Assembly: GCA_905178155.1 (NCBI GenBank)
Contig: CAJINV010000004.1
Coordinates: forward strand, 4,520,518 to 4,584,517
Direction of reading: 5' to 3'
From: Amoebophrya sp. A120
Taxonomy: Eukaryota > Protista > Dinoflagellata
DNA length: 64,000 nt
Shown: positions 39,050 through 49,981 of the stretch, piece by piece
Position numbering within the stretch: the first letter of the stretch is position 1
Layout: each line of letters begins with the position of its first letter
Program-made: the position numbers and the translations under genes
Notes under the pieces: model-generated
Seen by the model: only the letters and a program-made list of their open reading frames with translations
What the model was told of the DNA's origin: nothing
Databases searched by the model: none

Positions 39050-40347
39050 GTTTTTTCGAGTGATCAGCGAAGGGCTTCTTGTTCCTTTCACGGGGAGACC
39101 GACTGTCGAAATAGAAACTTCATAAGAGCTAAAGCACAAAAAGCTTTATCTAGTACATGTTCGGCCAACTGCTCTAACTGCTCCATTCTAGCGTCATTTT
39201 AGTATTTATTTGTTCTTGTTCAGCTCCTTTTAAGTATTTGAGCAGATCACAGACAAGCAAAGGATCGTCCCCACGGACGAGGACCAATTGTTCCTAATCG
39301 GACGCAGCTTCTGCTGTTGCTGGGTCACCAGGGGAGGCTACATGTCCTTCTCGGTGAAACATGAAGAAGATGAAAGGTGACAGGTTGCTGTTGGATATGC
39401 AACACACGACCTATGTGACGCAGGTGCACATCCACATGGTTTGTCATTGTCTCTGGTGTTCATCATCACAGAAACGTTGTGTAAAGGGACCTTGCACTCG
39501 CCTTATCCACAATAGGGCTGTTAGTATGTGTATGTTCACACAAACGACGTCTTGATGATCGCAACGCTTTCTAAACGACAAAGGATAAAGAAGTTCCCGA
39601 AAAAATGAAACAAAAATCAAAATGATCGTGATCCTAGTGTGACGCTCGCGGCGACGGCGAGGCAATGTTGTTGTTGATCGGAAATAGTAATAAATTCGAG
39701 ATCCCAAGAATATGTTTGTGATCTTAGTGGATATTGAACGTGATCATGATGATTTTGTGACCACAAAAAGATCCACGGCAAAAGTTAAACCCAAGTAACC
39801 CCTTGGGAGGTTGGGCAACCATTTCCTGCTCGTTGTATGGAGGACGAGGATCCCGCCGTTGAAATAAAATGAAAACGACTTCTTGATGCATGCCTGTGTG
39901 GTTAACATCATTTCTTTCAATGTCCTGACACCGAGAAAAAATTACAACAGCGGTTGTAGCAAACAAAGAACCTCATTTGGAAGCGTGTTGTATTGTTGGG
40001 CTATTTGAAGACTTCTGGACTACAAAGTCGACAATCATCATCTTCATTTGAGATTATTTGTTTCGATTTATTTATCTGGACGTGTACGATTTTACTTTTA
40101 GTTTTACCCTAGTTTTACCTTCTCCAAGCTCTGTCGTGCTTTATTGTACCAGCACTACTTTTTAAAGGGTGCGCGTTCGAACACGAACTCGAAAAAAAAA
40201 AATTAAGTCTTGGACAATAACTAAGAAACCAATTGCAAGTTTTGAAAGACAGCAGTGGTGCGACGAGGACAACTACACAACGCCAAGAAGAACTTTCGCA
40301 GCTCCTGTCTGAAGAAGAGAACGACCAGCCTCTATATCATCACCAAA

Positions 40348-42970
40348 ATGACACCAGCACAACTTCATTCCTCTTCCGGCTCTTCAGTATCGCCCTGCTC
40401 CACCAGTGCAAGAGGATCATCTTGTTCGAGAAGTACTACGAGACTGATTCGCTCTATGGAAGCGTCAGGATTGAAATCGTCAAAGTTGAAAAAGTTTGTG
40501 ATGCATAAAATGCAACCCACAAAGTGCCTGTCTTGCAGAGTAGGCAACGGAGGCAGATTGTAAGCCTGGTGAGGAGTAGAAATAGAACTGCTAAAGCAGC
40601 ATGACAAAAGGCGTCCTGCTTACCCAAACAGCATTACAAACTGGATTTAGGCACCACCAAAATTTGTCATGCGCCGCTTGGCAACTGGGTTCCAACTGGC
40701 ATCCATTTTATGCATGGCAAATCATTTCCCGAGGATGATGGTGATGGCTTCGGTCCGCCTGACTCCACGACCTGGTGGCCGAACCATCTGCGGTGAGGTG
40801 CCCTTACAGGTTGTGTAGTGGTTTCGGTCGGTTTAGCATGGCAAATCATTTCAACTTTGTCGATTTCAACTCTGACACATCCATACGCTCCACCACCCCC
40901 TCGTCCCTCGCCATGCGCGGCCTGAGCGTCCTTTTGTTCTCCTTCTCGCCGGTTCTCCTCGCCGTGCCCGGTTCCGCCGCGGCTCGACCGACGTCCTCGA
41001 TCGACGCGAAGCTGCAGGTGTTGGACGACAAACTGAACGATTTGCAGCTGGAACTGTCCGCCGGCTTTGAAAGCATCGAGAAGGGGTTGCAGAAACTGGA
41101 GACGAAGATTTCGGAATCGAGTGACAAATCCACGGCACAAATCGAGAAGAAGCTGGCAGAAGTCTTAGACGACAAAATTTCGGACATCGAGGTATGACAG
41201 CGCACAACAACTCCCCCTCCCCTCATTTGTCATGCAAATAAATCCCAAATCCAGTCGCTGCCTTGTGGCACTGCTTGCATGACAAATTCGGGAAGGAGCC
41301 CAAATAGCACTACACTCGTCCAGTGTAGTACATTTGTCATGCGAAACCGGCATTCTTGCTGATGCTTGTATTGCCGTTCATGCTATACAAATGAGGCGGA
41401 GGGGGAGTTGCGCACTGTCATAGGAGGTGACCATTTCGGATAAACTCACGTCCAACATCGATTCCCTGATCCCCTCGGACTTGTCGGAATTCCTAGGCGC
41501 GGGTAACTGGGAACCCCTCATCGAGCGGTACGTCGGGAACTACAAGGACGTGCTGGACCGCGTAACGTTGATCGGAATCTGGGTGGTGGTCTTCCTCGTG
41601 CTCTGGTTCACCATGATGCTGGCCACCTTTTGCGCGGTGCTCTGCATGTGCTGCTGCGGGGGGTACTGCTGCCGCTGCAACGTAGCAAATGTACAAATGT
41701 CTGGGTCTGGAAGATTGCCAGGTTTGTCATGCACATTTTGCATGACTCCTGATGTCTGTGATGCATGCCCTAGCGTCACAGATTTTGTGAGGGCTTCCTG
41801 ATGCCGATACCGCATGACAGATGCTCTTTCCGTGTAGCAAAACTTGGAATCTCTTTGCTGCTCATGCAATACAGATTTTTTTAGAATCCAAAATCAGCAT
41901 GACAAGTTGGATTCTTCCAGACCCAGACATTTTTACAGTTGATACAACGGGCCGGTGGACGACGTTTTTGCGAACGGCGGGAAAGTGTTCACGCATCGAC
42001 GCGAAAACAACAAGGGCCCGCGGGGAACGGAACTGCTCTCGTTGCCGTCCGGAATGGGGGGTTTTTACACGTACAAACCACTGCCGCAGTCGGGGGAAGA
42101 GGAGGACGAGGAGGAGACTAGAGAGATCAACGAGCAGAGAAACAGCATGTTGACCTCCACTTCCCAAAGAGGTTCGGAAACGGTCGCGCCCATGAACGGA
42201 GACGGTGGCGCAGATCATGCAGCAGGTGGAGCAGCGATTATGTTGCCGGCGCCCGGATCCTCTTCTCGTACCGTCGCTGGCTCCGCGCCGCGAAAGCGGC
42301 GATCTTTGTCCGAGCATTCTGGCAGGTCCGTCGTGTTGGGGCAACCCGTATCAAATGCAAAAATGTCTGGGTCTGGAAACTTGTAATGCTCAAAGTGAAT
42401 GAAAGACGCACTGCAATACGCAACTACGCATGACAAATTTTTTGGCTGCCATGTCTTACGTATTCCGCATGGCAAACTGCGTTTCTGAATGACAGGGAAG
42501 AAGGCTTTTTCCTGCCTACGCAACACAGATTCTCGAGTCATGCCAGACAAGCATGACAAACCTGCATTCTTCCAGACCCAGACATTTTTGTAGTTGATAA
42601 CCCGTGCGGGCGATGTCGCCGATTTCGAGTGGAATGATCCCAGGAGGAGTATCAAAGTGAAAAAAGCCCCCACCCCATATCGGACACGAAATTTGTGATG
42701 CTGTATTTGAGTACACAAATCGACTTGTATTGCTAGAAGGCCAAGAGACGCAGCTGCGGCCTGAATTGCAGGCAATCTGTCATGCTGTTTCCCACTTCCA
42801 GTTGCCTCCTGTCATGTTGGAGCTGCAAGCCTTTCCCACGCTAGGCAGCACTACAGTCCGCATCTTTTGCCTTCTAGCATCACAAAGCTGATTTGTGACC
42901 ACAAATCTGCATCACAGATTTCCGTTTTGATATGGGGAGGGGGGATTTTTCCTTTCGATAAGGAGCGTGA
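40348..42970 (+). CDS. Coiled-coil / TM / Cys-rich membrane protein, probable paralog of the 33222 gene; 5 introners
   Basis: Removing elements at 40455, 41193, 41683, 42349 and 42650 yields ...RLIRS|TTPSSLAMRGLSVLL...SDIE|VTISD...CMCCCGGYCCRCN|GPVDD...LGQP|VRAMSPISSGMIPGG|A*. The start could instead be ATG 40913. Confidence 0.8.
40455..40885. mobile_element. Introner family D with internal insertion
   Basis: TSD CGCTC; 431 bp versus about 306 bp for the other D copies. Confidence 0.9.
41193..41422. mobile_element. Introner family E
   Basis: TSD cgagg/ggagg; GT-AG reading possible (41192-41426). Confidence 0.88.
41683..41944. mobile_element. Introner family A
   Basis: TSD CAACG. Confidence 0.93.
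42349..42599. mobile_element. Introner family A
   Basis: TSD ACCCG. Confidence 0.93.
42650..42960. mobile_element. Introner family C (TATC...GAAAAA.GCCCCCACCCC)
   Basis: TSD AGGAG; related to the 48425 copy. Confidence 0.9.
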
Positions 42971-43128
42971 GGACCACAGAAGCGGTAAGATGACGTAGTA
43001 AGTACTTACAACTGTAGTCCTCGACTGGATGTCTCTTCGATGCGCATTGTCGATGAAACATGACCTGAAATTGAACAGAGCTGTTGCAGCTGTTTTTAAT
43101 TTCGACTTGTTCTATTCGGAGGAATGCA

Positions 43129-43619
43129 TAGTAAAGGTTGGAAGCGGAATCACGTTTTCAAGTTGGAATCACGTTTGTGGAATCACGTTTAGAGCGGAAT
43201 CACGTTTAGGGTTTGGGTCTAGGGTCTAGGGTTTGGGGTTTCTGGTCGTCGGCCAGGGCAGCCGCCGCCGGCCGGCCGGCCGGCGGCGGCTGCCCTGGCC
43301 GACGACTCTCTCTTCTCGTTCGTGGAAGGTGGCGGCCACGCACCCTGCCCGCCTTCGTGGTTGTTCTGTCGCTTCCCTGGGGTTCTCCTGGCTCCCGCTG
43401 GCCAGCCCCTTGGCCGGCGGGGTGCGTCATTGATCCCGGCGGACCGCTGGGCCCGCCCGGCGTTCGTTTAAGTACGTTGTGGGCATTTCGGTGTCTAAGT
43501 TGTTTCACTCAATTCGATTCGACAAACGCGATTCCGCCGCAAACGTGATTCCGTTAACGTGATTCCATGAGTAAACGTGATTCCAAAAATGTCAAAACGT
43601 GATACCGCCACCTTCCGTA
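43129..43619. mobile_element. MITE-like element with GGAATCACGTTT subterminal arrays, telomere-like repeats and a GC palindrome
   Basis: Four GGAATCACGTTT copies on the left, 4-5 inverted copies on the right; TSD not clear. Confidence 0.7.
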
Positions 43620-44681
43620 AATCGCTGGTGGGGGCTTTTGTGCCACACAAAGACCACAAGATGAAGACCTCACTCTAGTACATCACTCTCATTGAAGATT
43701 TTTTGAACAATAATGCAGAGGATTATGTACTGATATCCTGAGGAGCGAGGAGTTATACTCTTACTCTCCTTCGCGATGTAGTAGTTCCTAATCCTATGCA
43801 TTATATGAGAATTTTTTTTGCAGCATTGATGTGGGAGTAGGAGCTCTAGGAGCAATATTGCGCGGATGTATTGCAACGAACAGTACTAGAGCTTGATTGA
43901 TGTTGGTACCAGCACGCTGGAACTTTTCTGGACCCCCCTATTGACAAACCGGCACTCGAGATGATTAATTCGCGACCATTGCTATCATGACTCTGCGAAG
44001 ATTGCGGGTATAAATTAGGCGCATTTAGAAGTTATTTACTTTTGCTTGTAAAATTCCACTTGCATGATTTTGTGCCATAGTATGGTTGAATCATTGTGTT
44101 AAGTGCGACGGCGCACCGCTATAAACGACGATTTGCAACACAACAGAGTTCAAGTTCTACATCTGCGTCTACTGCAGCACACCAATTTGTCGAAACAACA
44201 CCTGTATGATGATTTGTAGAAGAATGCAAGCAGTTTTGCGAATTACAACACCCGCTTAGTTGTGAATCAATGAAAGCACTACATTTATTTTCTCGTTTTG
44301 GTTTATTTAAAAAAAGAGGCATGAGAAGTCGACGGAGCTACGAGGAGCAGAACCAGAGACTACTGCGACGCCGCATGGCACTGTGTGCATTTCTGCCATT
44401 TTTCTATGTCCTGCGATGTTTTATTTTGTTCCGCAAGATGAATCATGACATTGCTTCGTGTTGACGATAAGGTAGTTTTACTTTGAGCGTGCGAGAGTCC
44501 TCGATGGAAACACAAATCGTGCTTCTGCTTGGTATCATTGATGTGCGACGACGAGAGGAGACGCAAGGACTATTTTTTGTCTAAGTACGGTAGAAAGAAG
44601 GCATTCAGTTTCTCGTTTCCAGCCCCGTGTTTGAGTGTGAAATAGCTAACAAGTCTGTTTGTTGTCTTTCTTGTTGACATT

Positions 44682-45344
44682 GTGGCGAAGTTTCTACTTT
44701 CAACGTTTTTTTGCAAACTACTAGACGGACCTTGTTTCTTGAACAAGTCAGTGGAGGCCTTAAAACTATGTGTACAACCTGTTGCAAGCACAATTCTGCA
44801 ACCGCGTGAATTCGACATGCTAGCAAGAGCGTTGTTTCATCCCGCACTACCACTATCTCCGCCCAGCACTGCTGATTTTGACCAGCACACCAACGAGTTC
44901 ACAAGCCCGGCCGCCTTACCTGATTTTTTGCACGAGCCACCCCAAGAAGGACCTCCACTCCATCACAACCGCAGCGCGAACAAGCCACCATTCGTCAAAA
45001 CCTCTTTCGCGGCAGAACAAGCTGCTCCGGCCATCAAGTCTGCCGCGTGGCCCTTTGACCAATTTTCGGCGAAATCCCTGCCTGCCGGTGCGGTCGCCAG
45101 CCCCGAACATTTTCAGAAGACGCACAAGGTGAAACGCACTGCGATTGTCTCGGAAGACAACCAGATGACCGTCGGGGAGGCCAGGCGGAGGCGGTTCGAA
45201 GGGTTACTCGACCCGAAGAAGGAAGACATTGCCTCCGGCCCCGTGGATTCGCTCACTAACCAGGTGCGCAAGGTGAACGACGCCGACAACTTCCGGGACT
45301 TTTTCGTTATCCATCCCCCCAGAACTGTGGCGCTGGAGCGATAG
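44682..45344 (+). CDS. Hypothetical ORF/exon, possibly the 5' part of the 45518 gene
   Basis: 220-codon ORF; junction to the next ORF not resolved. Confidence 0.45.
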   Translation: MAKFLLSTFFCKLLDGPCFLNKSVEALKLCVQPVASTILQPREFDMLARALFHPALPLSPPSTADFDQHTNEFTSPAALPDFLHEPPQEGPPLHHNRSANKPPFVKTSFAAEQAAPAIKSAAWPFDQFSAKSLPAGAVASPEHFQKTHKVKRTAIVSEDNQMTVGEARRRRFEGLLDPKKEDIASGPVDSLTNQVRKVNDADNFRDFFVIHPPRTVALER

Positions 45345-45517
45345 TAAAGTTCTTGAACTCTTGCCGCGAGGACGGCAACCGTGGACGACCGTGGCTGGCG
45401 GGATCCGATCGTGGATCGATCTGCGCGGAGGACGACCCCAGTTGTAGCTACTCGATCGATCATCTGCGCGGACGATCCCAGTTGTAGCTACTAGCTCGCT
45501 GTGAAGAGCGAGGTCGT

Positions 45518-48500
45518 TTGTCGTGCAGGAACATGGCTGGTCTGGTCGCACCAGAGAATAGACAAGGATCAAGAAGTAGTAAAAACACGAAAGGGAAGGC
45601 TCGTCCTGGCAACGACGCTGCTCCTTTTGAAATGCGTCCTCTACAGCTTCCAGGGGCCTGCGTAAACCTGCGTTGTACAGGAGCGGGACCGCCGGCGCAA
45701 CAGCAACAGCCGTCCCTTGAATCGCTTCTGCACCGTCACAACGAGAAAATCAGCCGAGCGCTGGGCCTCCGCGGCCAGTGTTGCGTGGGGCTTTGCGGCC
45801 TGTATTGCGTGCAATTTTTTCAAGGCTGTGGGGTTGGTCTTCAAGCGGTGGAGCGGCACTTTGAACAGCTTGCACGAATTGCGGAAAAGCTGACGGGAGA
45901 TCATCTTCAAGATGAGAACGAAAAGTCCGCTGAAGAAGACAGGAACTACTCTGATGTTGACGAGCAGAGTGAGGGTCGTGAAGAGGACGAAAGCGAAAGC
46001 GAGAGCGCCCCTACGCCATCTGTCGGTGTGGGAAACAGTGCTTCTTCATCGTCTGCGGGGGGTGCTACAACTCGGCGGGTGACGCAGCATTGTGGGCGGG
46101 GCATTACGCCCAGCTGCACGCCCGAAGACGACGATGACGTCCCGTGGTTCTTGCCTTTGAAGAGCAACAGCAAGACGAGACTACAGAAGCAAATAAAGGT
46201 GTGTGCTTCTTCTTCACAGGCAGCTGCAGCTGGTGGAGCAACTACATCTGCTTCGTCAAGAATTAAGTTGTCCTCGGGCCACGCCGGGAACTTCAAGCAA
46301 GGTCGTTGTTCGGCACAGGCAAGCCCTTCACGACTGCCTCAATTTGAAGATGTCCTCGAGAACAATAACAAATCGCACAAGAAGAACGGAATAAAAAATC
46401 CCTACCACAACCTGACTGTCAGCGAGCAATCAAGTGTCGACGTCGTTCTGGTCCTGCAGCGGCTGCAGTTTTTTCACCTGGGTGTGCGGAAGTTCTTCGC
46501 CATTGCAAGCCCGCCCGGAAGAAAGCTGTTTATCGACGCCACGCTGGGGCGAGGACCAGGCGCGGCTGCTAGTCTTTCTGCTGCGATAAAGGGAGTAGGC
46601 GACGATGGCTTCGTATCAGAAAAGAACCACCGTCGCAAAGATGTTGAACCCAAAAACCGGCGGCGCAGCCTGGCGGAGCGTCTGCAGGAGGAGTTGGAGA
46701 TGACGTCGCCAGGATCTTCCACCTCTGGGGACGACGACGAAAGTCAAAACACAGCGACCTTGCTGGGCTGTCGCGCCGCTCATGCCTATGCGAGTTCGAC
46801 GACACAAGCCGTGAAGCTGCAAGGCAATACGGCTGCCAGGCAGCACAACCTGGCGGGCCGTTCATCGGTAGGACCTACAAGTCGGAGTCGTTCCTTTTCC
46901 GATCATATGGGAGCTCCGACCGTGGTCTCTGCCGGGAGTAATAAGTCCCAGTCCCGCCACTGCAGTTCCATGTCGCCGATGAAAACAAGGAACATGATTC
47001 TGTCGTCCACGTCTAGAGCTGCGTCGCTGCACCACGACAGAAAAAAGGAACAACCGGACGACGCAAGCGGCCAAACGACAAACAAACGCGCTATGTGTGC
47101 GTTTGAAGCACTGGATTGCGGCTTCGATGCTCTGTGGGTCGACCTTTTTAGGAATGACGAGAAACACGCGGCGGCCCACGAAGAACAAACGGCGAAAACA
47201 AGAAGTTTCTCCGTCGACGCAAGCACCGCGGGACACGTTGTGCGCTTGCACACGGTGAGGACCTCGAACGCGAGTTCTACGACGACCGGCAAGAACAACT
47301 TAAACTCCCGTGTAGTTGGCGAGCAGTTTTATTCCGTTGGACGCGAGGAGGAACGAGCTGAGCTTGCTGCTTGTTTTCGGGCAGTGCTGGACGTTTTTAC
47401 GGGACAGTTAAAACTACCACTACACAGAGATCGTGGTCTTGCAAAGACGAGCTCCGACGACGACCACCTCCGCAAAACATCACCTTCCACAGCGAGTACT
47501 ACGAGTGGTCTTTTTTGGTTCGCCCGTGTCAGCTTCTACCGCTACAGCCAGAAGGGGGACATGATCGGCGCGCATCAAATGTGTTTGTCGTTGGCAACAA
47601 GAGGTAGAAAAGCGTCCACCTCGGCAAGTGGTCCAGGAGTAGATCTGGAAGCAGTAGACGTGGTCTTTTACGACCCGAACCGTGCGCCGCGAGTGGTCTG
47701 TTTGGATGAACAAGCGCCGCTTGTTCATCCAAACAGACCACTCGGTGGACAAAAACAGCAAGAAGCTGCATCGCGGGCACAGCTTGAGAATCACTTCCTC
47801 CAGTTTTTTGTCGATACGAGCGTTTCACAGAAGCGGCTGCAAAACACGAAGAGTCTGGTGTTCTCGCTCAGTGTGTGGCGGAGCAGAAGTAGTTGTACAG
47901 CTGCTTCTGGTTGTGATGGATCAAGCTCCGCAAATGACCAACTCTTGACGAAGTTCGCCAGCATCCGGAGGCGATATCAAATGCAAAAACGTCTGGGTCT
48001 GAAAACTTGTGATGCTGGTTGGCGAATTCTGAGACTGAGGACGCCTCAAGTGACGGCTCAGCATGGCAAGTTTCTGACTTGCTAGGTGTTGGTGTTGCGT
48101 ACACGTACTCTGCATGACAAACCGCGTCTCGACATGACAGAAAAGCGGGGCTTTTGGGTAACGAGCATGACAGACTTTGGGGTCATGCTAGCAGAGCATG
48201 ACAGACCTTCCATTCTTCCAGGCCCAGGCATTTTCGCAATCCATAGGCGAACACCCCTCGCAACTCTTTTCCGCGATCAAGCGGTGACCGAGCGGCTGTT
48301 TCGGGTCATCGGGGGAAATTTTTCGACGCAAGATGAAGGAGGTCGGCAGATGAAGACGATGGATGTAAAAACAACTACCGGCTCTTGTACTTCTAGTAAT
48401 GCAGCAAGAAGAACTTGTTCTTCTTATCAGAATGAAAAATGCCCCCACCCCCGAACTTGAAAGCATTTGTATTGCAAACCTTTCCAAATGAAACATTCGC

Positions 48501-49522
48501 CCTCTTGCATGTATCAGCATTACAGGTTTCCAATCGTGAATAGCAGAAATTTGTATTGCAAAAGACCCCAGCAAGAGCGGCGCTTGTCATGCAAGCGATG
48601 CGATACACGCCTAGACTCTGCATCAGAAAGATTCGCACTCCTTTCACGCATGACAAAAAGTTTTCATTTGGAAACTTAGCATCACAAATTTTTGCAATTT
48701 CAGGGGTGGGGGGCACTTTTCACTGCAATACTTCTACATGTTGCCCCCACACCGACGATTTTTTCGAACACCTACTACAAAAAGAGCATATCCTGTGGAA
48801 AAGTATCTATCGCACTCGTATTGCAGTCATGCCTTACAAATTCGTTTCTTAAGGTATATCCGTATTACAAATTTTATTTTGCATGCTGAGGAAATTTGTA
48901 ATGCCTTTATACAAGTGCGAAGATACTTTAGCAATGCATGGAGCACCCGGGCCTACCTGGCTACCGGCGGTTGCTGGATCGCGCACTGAAATCGTTGGTG
49001 AGCAGTTTGTACTTTCACTTGTCCCTGCCGAAAAACTGGATCTACAATAAAGCCCTGCAGTCGGTGAAGGGCACTTTTGACGACTACGAGGACTTCGCTT
49101 CCTACGTGCGGGAGTTTGCGAAGTCGACAAATTATAACTCGTGCGCGGAATTATTCGTAGACCATCAATTATCGGGAACTACATCCACCTCTTCGACGAC
49201 GTCTCTTCTCGCGTCCGACGTGGTTTCATCTCTTGCGGAAAATAAGTCTGCAAGAGTTCTTACCTCCTATGGGGCTTTATTTCGGGATAGCTCCCGTGCG
49301 AGGAAAATTCTGGTCGAAGCGAACCCGGAGAGATGTGGCGTTTTCTTCTTTGACGAACCGTTGGCAGTCATCAAGCGTGCAGCAGGTGGCGGTGGAACAA
49401 TAAACGGAGGAAAACTTCTAAATCACTGTGGGACTTCCACGCGGCGAACCAGCGGCAGTGCCGTAACATCTGCGCGACCGAGCCTCGTGGAAATTTTACA
49501 GGCGTATTACAACGCCACTTAA
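45518..49522 (+). CDS. Hypothetical protein, possible papain-fold (C58-like) C-H-D protease; 3 introners
   Basis: Removing elements at 47975, 48425 and 48789 joins SIRRR|TPLAT...TCSS|TCCPH...QKE|HPGLP. Motifs GQCCVGL, GAHQMC, FYDPN. Confidence 0.6.
47975..48245. mobile_element. Introner family A
   Basis: TSD GGCGA; GC-AG reading possible. Confidence 0.9.
48425..48730. mobile_element. Introner family C
   Basis: TSD CTTCT. Confidence 0.9.
48789..48940. mobile_element. Introner family B
   Basis: TSD GAGCA; right terminus reads CATG. Confidence 0.88.
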
Positions 49523-49981
49523 AACTTAAAGTAGAAGAACGAAAACTGGACCCTGCAGGCTCTGATACTACTAGAGCAACTCTTGCTGTTTATTTCAAAG
49601 AAACGAACCCACCCGGTGTACTACCGTGACTGATCCATTTCCACAGGTTTACTTGAAAAGGAAATCAAGGAAGTAGAAATGGGCTACACTGCCACGACGA
49701 CTCTACAAAGGACACGAAAGCCAAGTTTCTCGACTGCGAGGAGTATATTGCTCCAACTTGTTCCATGCTCTCTTCATGCTTGCTGTTGCAAACTACGGAA
49801 GTAGCTAGTCACTCAAGCCGCTGAAGACGATCAAACGATCCACCATTCTTCTGAACGCGTGTGCGTCTGCAGAGGGCCACCTTGCGATCTTTTTACTGTG
49901 CCAGATACAACGAGGCTGATTGAGATTTTGCGGAAAGGACGAGAAAAAGATCTTCATATTGTTTCACGTCTTTTAGTATGT

